Below, piece after piece: positions 28,668 through 37,311 of a stretch of 64,000 bases of DNA. A program made the translations under genes and the position numbers. How positions within the stretch are numbered: position 1 is the stretch's first letter; the number at the start of each line of letters is the position of its first letter. The notes beneath the pieces are model-generated. The model saw nothing but the letters and a program-made list of their open reading frames with translations. It was not told the origin of the DNA and searched no databases. The stretch is from Candidatus Bathyarchaeia archaeon (lineage in GTDB: Archaea > Thermoproteota > Bathyarchaeia > Bathyarchaeales > Bathycorpusculaceae), in NCBI GenBank assembly GCA_038883855.1, contig JAVZLH010000004.1:31150-95149 (forward strand), written 5' to 3'.

Positions 28668-28802
28668 TTTACATCAACCTCCTTTACATCTACGTGATAT
28701 ATAGAGCAAAGCTAAAGATATATATCTAACGTAAATAAAAAATATAGAATAAATAAATGTGTCAAAGTATATATCGTAAGTATAAGTAAAGAGTTGGTAA
28801 AT

Positions 28803-29876
28803 ATGGAGATTAGAAAAGTACAGAAAGTCGGCCACTCAACAATGACAGTTTCACTTCCAAGCGAGTGGGTGAAACAACACAACCTCAAACCCAGCGACCT
28901 CCTGTTCATTGTTCCAGAAAGAGACGGTTCGCTTAAGTTGATGCCAAGCCAACTAGCCCAAAGAGAGGAAGCAGAAGAATACGTGATAAATGCTGATGCT
29001 TGCGATGAGCCTGGAATGCTTGAAAGGATAATTGTCGGCGGTTATATACTTGGAAGAGACGTAATAAGGGTTATTTCTTCAAGTCGCATAGGGAAAGCCC
29101 ACGTAGACGAAGTGAGAAATATTGTCCAGAAGCTCATAGGTTTGGGTATTCTCGAGGAAACGCCGAAGAGCATCCTTCTCCAATGCTCAATTGACTCGAC
29201 AAAGTTCAAGCTCGACATGTTGATTAGGCGGCTTTCGCTAATCGCCTCCACCATATTGTCGGAGGCAGTTCAAGGTTTTCGAGAGAAAAACTATGATTTA
29301 GTGGAGGAGGCGATCGCCCGCGAAGATGAAGCAGACAAAATCTACTATTTGGCAGTGCGTCTGCTGCTTTCTGCACAGATAAAACCAGACATAGCAGAGG
29401 AAGTCGGTATGGTAGATATACTTTTCATTCCAGCAGCCAGAGTAATACTACAATATTTGGAGTTGGTTGCAGACTACTCGGAATTTTTAGCCAGAGAAGT
29501 TCTTGAAATGGAAGTGTACCGTAACAGGTTGCCGAACGAATTGGTTGATAGAATTTGCCATCTCAGTGAGTTAACCCAAACAATTTTTCAGAAAGCTGTG
29601 GAGTGCGTTTTCACAAGAGACTTAAAAGTTGCAAATCAGCTTTTGGAGATGAAAAACGTACTTGAAATAGACTCAAACAGACTTATGCGAGAGGCGCCAG
29701 AGATTCCCTATGTTAGGGCGATTCTTTCATGTCTAAGCAAGATTGCAGACAAAGGCGCAACCATAGCTGAAATAGCCATAAACAGAGCTTTGGAAGAACC
29801 TAGCAGGTACGCGGGGAACATTGTTCGAGCAGTGAAGCACGTGCGGACTATGCCGTTACCTGCTGGAAAGAGATAA
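28803..29876 (+). CDS. AbrB-domain/PhoU-family transcriptional regulator
   Basis: RKVQKVGHSTMTVSLPSEWVK (AbrB-like), IGLGILEE, EDEADKIY and LELVADY PhoU repeats; divergent from the RHH-GcvH gene. Confidence 0.88.
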   Translation: MEIRKVQKVGHSTMTVSLPSEWVKQHNLKPSDLLFIVPERDGSLKLMPSQLAQREEAEEYVINADACDEPGMLERIIVGGYILGRDVIRVISSSRIGKAHVDEVRNIVQKLIGLGILEETPKSILLQCSIDSTKFKLDMLIRRLSLIASTILSEAVQGFREKNYDLVEEAIAREDEADKIYYLAVRLLLSAQIKPDIAEEVGMVDILFIPAARVILQYLELVADYSEFLAREVLEMEVYRNRLPNELVDRICHLSELTQTIFQKAVECVFTRDLKVANQLLEMKNVLEIDSNRLMREAPEIPYVRAILSCLSKIADKGATIAEIAINRALEEPSRYAGNIVRAVKHVRTMPLPAGKR

Positions 29877-29961
29877 CTGATGTTTACATTATACTTGTGC
29901 CACTATTAGCACAACAAGATTAAAAAGGCGGAAAGTAAATATTGTATTTAGAGGGAACTTT

Positions 29962-30417
29962 ATGGATGATTTTGAGGAAGCATTACAAAACATAGACGTC
30001 TTCTGCAGAGTTCTAGCTAAGAAGATAGCTGAAAGCTTAAATGATGTTGAAAGCAACGTTTCAGTTGAGCCTATTGAGAGGCTCTTGAGAAGAAAATATA
30101 TTATAGAGGAGCAATTTGAACAAAATTCAACGGTTAAACATTTTATTCCGCTTCCACAAGTTGAGGAGCCTCTAATAGACGTTTTTGAAGATGACAACTA
30201 CGTTAAAGTTTTGATGCAATGCCACTGTAAAGGCCAAAAAGTAACAATTCACAGAGATTCGAGTGGCTTAGAAATATGTTTGGAAAACGTGTGTAGAAAA
30301 CTTAACCTGCCGGTTGAACAGTTACAAGTTGAAAACATGGTCATGAAATGCAACAATAACGAAGCTTTAGAAGTTGAAATTCCAAAATTGAAGACAACTG
30401 TAAATTACGACCGCTGA
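29962..30417 (+). CDS. Hypothetical protein with Hsp20/alpha-crystallin-like C-terminal domain
   Basis: EEPLIDVFEDDNYVKVL and NNEALEVEIPK resemble the archaeal Hsp20 core. Confidence 0.6.
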   Translation: MDDFEEALQNIDVFCRVLAKKIAESLNDVESNVSVEPIERLLRRKYIIEEQFEQNSTVKHFIPLPQVEEPLIDVFEDDNYVKVLMQCHCKGQKVTIHRDSSGLEICLENVCRKLNLPVEQLQVENMVMKCNNNEALEVEIPKLKTTVNYDR

Positions 30418-30425
30418 AAGCCCTA

Positions 30426-30629
30426 CTAAATGGGCACGGTTACACCTTTTTGTTTTATTCTTCTTCTGCAAGCTTCCTCTTCGGCGCACTTTACACAAGT
30501 GTAAATGACATCAAACTCGCTTTTCTCAGGGTTTGCAGGATTTACAAGGAAGGCGAGACACTCTTCACCCTTATTTATTGTCCCGCCACAACAATAGCAT
30601 TTATGCTCTTTTAAGGCTCTAACCTTCAT
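30426..30629 (-). CDS. Small Cys-rich putative zinc-finger protein
   Basis: RALKEHKCYCCGGTINKGE...YTCVKC (CxxC pairs), 67 aa. Confidence 0.65.
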   Translation of the reverse strand: MKVRALKEHKCYCCGGTINKGEECLAFLVNPANPEKSEFDVIYTCVKCAEEEACRRRIKQKGVTVPI

Positions 30630-30670
30630 TTAGCATCCTAAAATTAGGTAACATTTCGCACTATTAACAT

Positions 30671-30702
30671 TTTCTAACATAAAAAGATTTCTAACATAAA
30701 AA
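30671..30702. repeat. Tandem direct repeat TTTCTAACATAAAAA x2 in the intergenic region
   Basis: 15-mer at 30671-30685 and 30688-30702. Confidence 0.7.
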
Positions 30703-30741
30703 AGAAAAGAAAATAACAAAAATAAGTCTTAGGAGGAGTCG

Positions 30742-31617
30742 CTAGCCTATCTTCTCAAGCACTTTGTCAATTTTCATTTTGTGGAAGTCAAGCGCCAGCT
30801 CCTTGGGTTCCACGCCTAGGCTTAGGCTCAACAGCTCAGCGTAATGGACTATAGGCATATTGTATTCTTCTTTATAAGAGGATTTTATCAGCATCTGCCC
30901 AAGGTCAAGGGTTAGGAAACAGAAGGGACAAAGCGTTGATATGCAGTCGGCGCCAGCTTCTGTTGCGTTTACAATTTTGTCTCTTGCTATTGCCAAAGCA
31001 ACATCGTCCGCGTAACCCCTAAGGAGACCGCCACAACATCTCAGCTTGTTTCTGTACCAGATGCTTTTTGCGCCTAAAGCCTCAATTAACGTGTCAAAGA
31101 TTCTTGGGCGTTCAGGATCGTCGAACCTTAAGAGCGCGCTTGGTCTGAGAAGGTGGCATCCAGAGAAAGAAGCCACTTTCAACTTGCTTAATGGTTTAAC
31201 AACGCTTCTTTTTAGGCGGTCTACACCAATGTCCTTCATTAAAACTTGAAGGAAATGCCTAACTTCCTTGTTGCCCTTAAACTCCTTGCCAACATTCGCT
31301 AGGATTCTGTTCACCCGTTCTCGCAGTTCCTCTTTTTCTTTCAGCAAAGTGTTTGTCATTGCCAGAGACTCGAAACATCCCGTGCAAAGTGTGACTATGT
31401 TTAGGTCGGCTTCTTCGGCTAGGCAAATGTTGTAGGCTGCAATGGCTAGGCTTGTTCCCAAATCTATAGACTGCAGCGGTGGAGGAGCGCAACACGTCAT
31501 ATTCTCTAGGTCAACGAGTTCTATTCCCAGCTTTGTTAGGGCTTTTCTCGCTGAAAGTTCGTAGTGGGGTTGGCGGGCAGGTATTGTGCATCCTAAAAAT
31601 AACGCGTAGGTCGTCAT
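30742..31617 (-). CDS. hdrB: Heterodisulfide reductase subunit B (copy 2)
   Basis: FLGC..CCAP..CTGC and GCH..CCGG..CPFC. Confidence 0.92.
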   Translation of the reverse strand: MTTYALFLGCTIPARQPHYELSARKALTKLGIELVDLENMTCCAPPPLQSIDLGTSLAIAAYNICLAEEADLNIVTLCTGCFESLAMTNTLLKEKEELRERVNRILANVGKEFKGNKEVRHFLQVLMKDIGVDRLKRSVVKPLSKLKVASFSGCHLLRPSALLRFDDPERPRIFDTLIEALGAKSIWYRNKLRCCGGLLRGYADDVALAIARDKIVNATEAGADCISTLCPFCFLTLDLGQMLIKSSYKEEYNMPIVHYAELLSLSLGVEPKELALDFHKMKIDKVLEKIG

Positions 31618-32123
31618 TGGGATTCACCTTTTTTAAACATGATTTTATCAAAGCCTGTTGCTGAAAGAATCTTCTTTACGGCGTCGACACCAGTTGGTTT
31701 CAAGGGCGGCAGCCCATAGTCTCCCCGCTTCTTTTCCAAGAATTTTGATATGGGAACTATGCGTCCTTCATTCATTATCCCAGCTGCGAACTCAGCATAG
31801 ATGTTGGGTATGTTGCCCTCACGTATGGCCATGTTTCTCAAGGCGTAGATGACATCTGCAATTTCAACTTTCTGCGGGCAGCGTTCCTGGCAGTTGTAGC
31901 AGGAGGCGCAGAGCCAAATGGCGTCGCCTGCAATGACGTCTTGTCTAAGCCCTAAAAGTGCGAGGCGAATGATTTGTCTTGGATTGTAGCGGTCTGTGGT
32001 TTTTGCTACTGGACAGCTGCTGGCGCATGTTCCGCATTGATAGCAGTAGGTTATTGTTTCTCCGCCGAGTCTGCTGGTTATCTCTTTTGTAAAGTCTGTG
32101 GTTGAAGTTTTTTCCTGCGCCAT
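31614..32123 (-). CDS. hdrC: Heterodisulfide reductase subunit C (copy 2)
   Basis: CYQCGTCASSCP and WLCASCYNCQERCP. Confidence 0.93.
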   Translation of the reverse strand: MAQEKTSTTDFTKEITSRLGGETITYCYQCGTCASSCPVAKTTDRYNPRQIIRLALLGLRQDVIAGDAIWLCASCYNCQERCPQKVEIADVIYALRNMAIREGNIPNIYAEFAAGIMNEGRIVPISKFLEKKRGDYGLPPLKPTGVDAVKKILSATGFDKIMFKKGESQ

Positions 32124-32138
32124 TATAGTTATCTCCTA

Positions 32139-34613
32139 TTAGGCTAGTTGCAGCAGCCCTAATTTCTCCACTCTTTCAGTCATAGTTCTAGCGGCTTCAG
32201 CGAACTTGTCTCCCTCAATGTAGACGAGGTTAAACATTTCAAGCCTTTCGGGTTCTATGCCGCACTCCTTAAGCAGCTTCTTCGCCAGTTCCACTTTCAC
32301 TTTGGTTTTTTGGCTGCCAACTTCATAGTGGCAACCGTCTGGTTTGCATCCGACAACCATAACTCCTTGGGCGCCAGCCTTGAAGGCTTCGAGTATTTGC
32401 TGAACTTGAACCATGCCCGTGCACGGAACTTTCAGCACTCTTACGTTTGCTGGATACTGCATCATAGCCATGCCTGAAGAGTCCACTGCCGCGTGACCAC
32501 ACTCTGAGCAGCTTATGGCTAGAATCAGCGGTTTAGATGTTCCATTCACTGAAAGCAACGCCTTCATTTGGGCTGATATTTGGGCTGGCTTCAAGTGGCG
32601 GAGTTCAATGGCTCCGACGGGGCATGTTCCTACACATACGCCGCATCCTTCACAGAGAAGGTCGTCTACTTTCGCGACAAAGTGCTCCTTGTCCTTTGGC
32701 ACTAGGCTTATGGCGCCGTATGGGCATGTGACTGGACAGAATTCACAGTCGCCGCAGTAATCCTCATTCACAAAGGCGGTTTTTCGGTCTTTGATTATTT
32801 TGCCATTTGTGAGGAATTTGGCTGCTTTCACCGCCGCCGAGTGGGCATGTAAGGATGTTGTCGGCGCGTCTTTTGGGAAGGTTGCACCTCCGCAGAGGAA
32901 TATTCCCCTACACTTTGTTTCCGTAGGTCTGAGTTTCGCATTGTATTCTTTGAAGAAGCCGTCTTGGTCGAGTTCTAAGCCGAGGATTTCGGCAAGTTCC
33001 TTTGTGCCTTCGGCTGGAACCATGGCTGCCGCGAGAACCACAAGGTCAGCTTCTAACTCCAAGAATTTCCTCAAAAGTTCGTCTTCAACATCCACCACAA
33101 GCGTGTTTGTTGCTGGGTCATGCAGAATTTCTGTCGGTCTGCCTTTAACAAATTTTATTCCCATTTCTCTGGCTTTTTCATAATAGTATTCATGTTCTCT
33201 TCCAGTTGTCCTAATGTCAATGTAGCATATTGTGACATCAGCGTCTGGATAAGCTTCCTTGATTAGGGTTGCGTGCTTCAGCGATATCATGCAGCATATG
33301 CTTGAGCAGTAGGGGTTCCAGCGCCTATCCCTAGAGCCGACACATTGCACGAAAACTATTCGTTTTGCTGGTTTCTTGTCTGAGGGTCTTATTAACGCGC
33401 CGTTTGTAGGTCCAAAAGCGTCCAGCATCCGTGCAAGTTCCAAGTGAGTTATGACGTCTGGATACTCGCCATAATGGTATTCTTTGATTACGCTCGGGTC
33501 GTATTCCTTGAATCCCGTGGCAACTATTAGGCCTCCAACGTTGAGAGTTAGGTTTTCAGTCTTCTGGTTCAGTTCAATAGCCTTTGTTGGGCAGACCTCA
33601 ACGCACTTTGCACATTCAGCAAACTTGCAGGCTTTCTCGTCTATGACATAAACTGGCGGATAAATGAGAGGCTTGTTTATGTAGATTGCCTTGCGCGTTT
33701 TGAGCTTCGCGTTATACTCGTCTGGCACCTCAACGGGGCAAACAGTCGTGCATAAATCGCAGCCTACGCATTTCTTTTCATTAACATATCTCGGCTTTTT
33801 CTCTATCGTCACCTTATAGTTTCCAGGAACACCCTCAACTTTTACAACTTTAGAGTTTGTAAGCACGTTTAGGTTTGGAATTTCAGAAAATCCCGAACGG
33901 TAAACGCATTTTCGCGATGTGTGAGTTACTGTTTTCAGGTCTGAGGCTGGAGATTGTATGCATATGGCACAGTCGTCTGTTGGGAAGAAACGCACAGCCC
34001 TAGCAGCCAATCCGCCCAAGAAAGGTTCTTTTTCAACTAAGTAAACCTCGAAGCCCATGTCTGCCAAATCTTCAGCAGCTTGCATTCCACCTATTCCACC
34101 GCCAATCACAAGAACGGATTTGACGACTGGAAACTCGAGTTTCTCTATTGGTTCGGAAAGTTTAACGCATTCTATGGCGGCTAAAAGCATCGCTTTAGCT
34201 TTTTCAGTTGCTTCTTTCGGCGCATCTCGATGAGGCCATGCACAATGGTCTTTTATGTCTAGAACTTCCATAAGGTTTGGATTTAGCCCAGCTTCTTCAA
34301 CGGCTGTGGCTATGGCGATTTCGCTTATTTTTGGAATACTTTCGGCGACGACAACTCTATTCACTTTCTTGTCTTTAACGGCGTCAACTATGGTTTTTAG
34401 TCCTTGACCACGCCAGAACTCGCTTCCTCTCGCAACAAAAGTCACTCCTTGAACGTTTTTCACGAAGTTTTCTAAGGCTTCAAAGTCGAGGATTTTTGCG
34501 ATTTGCCCTCCACAATTTGATAGGAATACTCCAATTTTTACTTCTTCCAAGGCTTTCACCTTACCTTTTACTTTATCTTTTGAGCGTTTTGACGAGCCTC
34601 TTTTGGCTGTCAT
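32139..34613 (-). CDS. hdrA: HdrA-MvhD fusion with degenerate N-terminal Fe-S domain
   Basis: GGGIGG, FPTDDC, an inserted ferredoxin, VQCVGSR..YCSSICC, a C-terminal ferredoxin and an MvhD domain (CSECG, PCTG, GCKPDGCHY). Start at ATG 34613 after GGAGGTG. Confidence 0.9.
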   Translation of the reverse strand: MTAKRGSSKRSKDKVKGKVKALEEVKIGVFLSNCGGQIAKILDFEALENFVKNVQGVTFVARGSEFWRGQGLKTIVDAVKDKKVNRVVVAESIPKISEIAIATAVEEAGLNPNLMEVLDIKDHCAWPHRDAPKEATEKAKAMLLAAIECVKLSEPIEKLEFPVVKSVLVIGGGIGGMQAAEDLADMGFEVYLVEKEPFLGGLAARAVRFFPTDDCAICIQSPASDLKTVTHTSRKCVYRSGFSEIPNLNVLTNSKVVKVEGVPGNYKVTIEKKPRYVNEKKCVGCDLCTTVCPVEVPDEYNAKLKTRKAIYINKPLIYPPVYVIDEKACKFAECAKCVEVCPTKAIELNQKTENLTLNVGGLIVATGFKEYDPSVIKEYHYGEYPDVITHLELARMLDAFGPTNGALIRPSDKKPAKRIVFVQCVGSRDRRWNPYCSSICCMISLKHATLIKEAYPDADVTICYIDIRTTGREHEYYYEKAREMGIKFVKGRPTEILHDPATNTLVVDVEDELLRKFLELEADLVVLAAAMVPAEGTKELAEILGLELDQDGFFKEYNAKLRPTETKCRGIFLCGGATFPKDAPTTSLHAHSAAVKAAKFLTNGKIIKDRKTAFVNEDYCGDCEFCPVTCPYGAISLVPKDKEHFVAKVDDLLCEGCGVCVGTCPVGAIELRHLKPAQISAQMKALLSVNGTSKPLILAISCSECGHAAVDSSGMAMMQYPANVRVLKVPCTGMVQVQQILEAFKAGAQGVMVVGCKPDGCHYEVGSQKTKVKVELAKKLLKECGIEPERLEMFNLVYIEGDKFAEAARTMTERVEKLGLLQLA

Positions 34614-36030
34614 AAATTTCCACCTCCAACGGCATTTGACCAGCCGCAAAGTGGGTTGCACAAGCAAAACACGGGTCGTAAGCCCTAAAAGCCATCTCCA
34701 CCATGTTCAATATTCCGTCAGTAACCTTACCCTTCTTGATCAAGCCCTTAGCAGCGTTCTTTATTGACATGCAAATGCCCGGGACATTGTGGGTTGTAGC
34801 CACTATCAAATTGACTTTTTTGGCTAAGGCATTCTCGTCCAACTGATAATGGTGTATTAATGTGCCTCTTGCAGCCTCCACTATGCCGACGCCTTCGCCT
34901 GGTTTGCCCGGCTTGTTTCTAATGTTTTTCCCAGTTATGTCTGGGTCGGTTACGAGTTCGAGAGCTCTTTCAGCAGCGTAAAGCAGTTCGATAAGCCTAG
35001 CCCAGTGATAAGCCAACGTGTTGTGGACTGGTTTTCCGCCTAGGGTTTTATACATACGCTCGTATTCCGCTTGGGCTAACGGTGTTGCCATTCCGTCGGC
35101 GGCGTTAAGCCTTCCAAGTGGACCGACTCTGTAGACGCCGTTTTCCAAACCGTCGACAAATCCTTTCCATCCTACCTTTTTGAGGTATGGAAGTTTAACG
35201 TAGGTCCACGGTTCAACACGTTCCTCTATTATGTCAAGGTATTCTTTTGGAGAGAATTTAACGAACTCTTTGCCTTGCGGATCTACGACTCTGACGTCGC
35301 CGTCGTAGAAGTTTACTTTGTTGTTTTTGTCAACCAAACCCATGTAATAGGTTTTCAGCGTGTATGGTTCGCTTGTGATTAGTTTTACGTATTCTGTGTT
35401 TTTGAGAACTATGTCGTCGAACAGTTTAAGAGAGAACTTTGCAAACTCTAAACAGCTTCGCACCATTTTCTCGATTTCTTTTCTTTCCTCTTCAGATAAT
35501 CCCTTTGCTATTCCGCCTGGCACGCACGCGCTGACCGGGTGTGTTGCTTTTCCGCCCAATATCTCGGTTATTTTCTGTCCGTAAGCCCTATGCTTTATGA
35601 CTTCTTTGCCTATTTCTAATCCAGCCTTTTCAATAACGCCTAGAACGTTGCGTTTTTCCGGCGGTGCGTCTGGACCGACAACAAAGTCTGGTCCACCAAG
35701 ATAATAAAAGTGCAGTGTATGGTCGTAGATGTAGTAGCCACAATACATAAGTTCCCTAAGTTTTTTGGCTGTTTCTGGCGGTTCCACGTTGAAGGCTGCG
35801 TCTAAGGCTTTGGCGCCTGCCATGTGGTGGGCTACTGGGCATACGCCGCAGATTCTTGTTGTTATTATGGGCAGGTCTTCTGCTCTCCTTCCTTCGCAGA
35901 ATCTTTCGAAACCGCGGAGTTCTGGAACTTGGAAGTAGGCTTCGTCCACATCGCCTTGATCGTTTAGGAATATGGTTATTTTTCCGTGGCCTTCAAGTCT
36001 TGTTATTGGGTTTATAACGATTTCCTTCAC
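34573..36030 (-). CDS. mvhA: [NiFe]-hydrogenase large subunit, group 3c (copy 2)
   Basis: RICGVCPVAH and DPCFACATH; closely paralogous to 18160..19611. Confidence 0.94.
   Translation of the reverse strand: MKEIVINPITRLEGHGKITIFLNDQGDVDEAYFQVPELRGFERFCEGRRAEDLPIITTRICGVCPVAHHMAGAKALDAAFNVEPPETAKKLRELMYCGYYIYDHTLHFYYLGGPDFVVGPDAPPEKRNVLGVIEKAGLEIGKEVIKHRAYGQKITEILGGKATHPVSACVPGGIAKGLSEEERKEIEKMVRSCLEFAKFSLKLFDDIVLKNTEYVKLITSEPYTLKTYYMGLVDKNNKVNFYDGDVRVVDPQGKEFVKFSPKEYLDIIEERVEPWTYVKLPYLKKVGWKGFVDGLENGVYRVGPLGRLNAADGMATPLAQAEYERMYKTLGGKPVHNTLAYHWARLIELLYAAERALELVTDPDITGKNIRNKPGKPGEGVGIVEAARGTLIHHYQLDENALAKKVNLIVATTHNVPGICMSIKNAAKGLIKKGKVTDGILNMVEMAFRAYDPCFACATHFAAGQMPLEVEIYDSQKRLVKTLKR
35594..35756. 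repeat. 163-bp tract identical to 19175..19337
   Basis: Same comparison as above. Confidence 0.85.
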
Positions 36031-36968
36031 TTCATCACCCTCCTTTTTAAGATAGAGTTTGCAAGCGAATACTTGTAGAAAGTTCCAACTGGGTCAACAA
36101 TTTGTTCGATGACCTTTGGGTCTGTGGCTATTGAGGCGAAGGCGCTTATCATGGCTGCGCCTTGATCTGCTACCCGAGGCGCTGGTCCACCGCATCCAGT
36201 GCACGGTATGTTCGCCTTTAAACATTGGGCGCCGCATCCGCCGCGGGTTGCTGGACCCATGCATATTACGCCTTGATCTAGGAAGCATGTTTTGAAGTCA
36301 TCGTTTATTTCGTAGATTCTTTTAATTTGGGTTATTTTTCTGTCCTTCTTTTCTCTTGGGCATTCATCGCAAATGGACTTGTTCAGGAGGAGGCTTGAGC
36401 CTTTTGGCGGGAGTTTGCCACTAAATATTGCTTCTATGGCGTCAAGTATTCTTGGAACCGGGGGTGGACAGCCTGAGATGAAGTAGTCAACATCCACTGT
36501 TTGTGCCAGGGTTTTAACTGTGTCATAAAATTCTGGGAGTTCAAGTTCTCCCTGTTTGACCCTATAGCGGGTTTGGGGAGTGGTGCGCTGCGGGTTTTTT
36601 GTTGAGGGAGTTTCAAAGTATGCTCTTTCAAAAATTTTCTCTCGATTCCATAAGTTTCCGAGGCCTACTACGCAGCCGTCGCATGCGCATGAGCCGAAAG
36701 CCACGAGGACTTTTGATTTTTGTCTTAGAAGTTTTGCCATGTGTTCTTGTTCTGAGTTGCGTATTGCTCCATTGAAGAAGCAGACGTCTATGCTTTTGTC
36801 GGGCATGTTTTCAACATCTTTGTATTTTATGTCTAGGGCTACAGGCCAGAAAACTAAGTCTGCTTTGGCTATTACGTCTAGGATTTTTTCGTTGATGTCT
36901 AAAACGGCGATTTCGCAGCCTCCGCAGCTCGCAGCCCAGTAGAAGGCGAATTTTAGTTTCTTCTCCAT
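36027..36968 (-). CDS. mvhG: [NiFe]-hydrogenase small subunit (copy 2)
   Basis: ASCGGCE, GSCA, SGCPP, ICDECP and CMGPATRGGCGAQC. Confidence 0.93.
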   Translation of the reverse strand: MEKKLKFAFYWAASCGGCEIAVLDINEKILDVIAKADLVFWPVALDIKYKDVENMPDKSIDVCFFNGAIRNSEQEHMAKLLRQKSKVLVAFGSCACDGCVVGLGNLWNREKIFERAYFETPSTKNPQRTTPQTRYRVKQGELELPEFYDTVKTLAQTVDVDYFISGCPPPVPRILDAIEAIFSGKLPPKGSSLLLNKSICDECPREKKDRKITQIKRIYEINDDFKTCFLDQGVICMGPATRGGCGAQCLKANIPCTGCGGPAPRVADQGAAMISAFASIATDPKVIEQIVDPVGTFYKYSLANSILKRRVMK

Positions 36969-37311
36969 TTCATCACCGTTTGTATAGCTTAATGAAGCTA
37001 GATTATTGCAGCTTCTATAATTTAAATTTAGTTGTTGGTAAATAGAAAATTGACTATAGAACTTTTATGTTAGGTTTAGGTGAAACTTAACAAAGAGAGG
37101 GGGCAAGCGGGCTTGCGACTTAAGTTTCCCGTTTGATGCTCGGTTTCAGAGTTTTCTATCTTTAACTTTGATAAATATTTTCCACCAATTCCAAGAAGCA
37201 GTTGTCTCAAGTCCAGCAAAGGCGGAACCTAAGTTTATTCTAGTCCATTGTTTCTCTTTTATTATAATTAATAAGCCTTTAAAGAACGAAAGCTTATAAT
37301 TTTGGAAATAA

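Noticed and set aside
30640-30730. CRISPR array or iteron set
   Set aside because: Only two short AT-rich copies, with no spacers and no cas or rep gene.
18160-36968. Selenocysteine recoding or a split VhuU-type hydrogenase
   Set aside because: The Mvh and Hdr ORFs are uninterrupted, with Cys at the L2 motifs; no in-frame TGA is needed.
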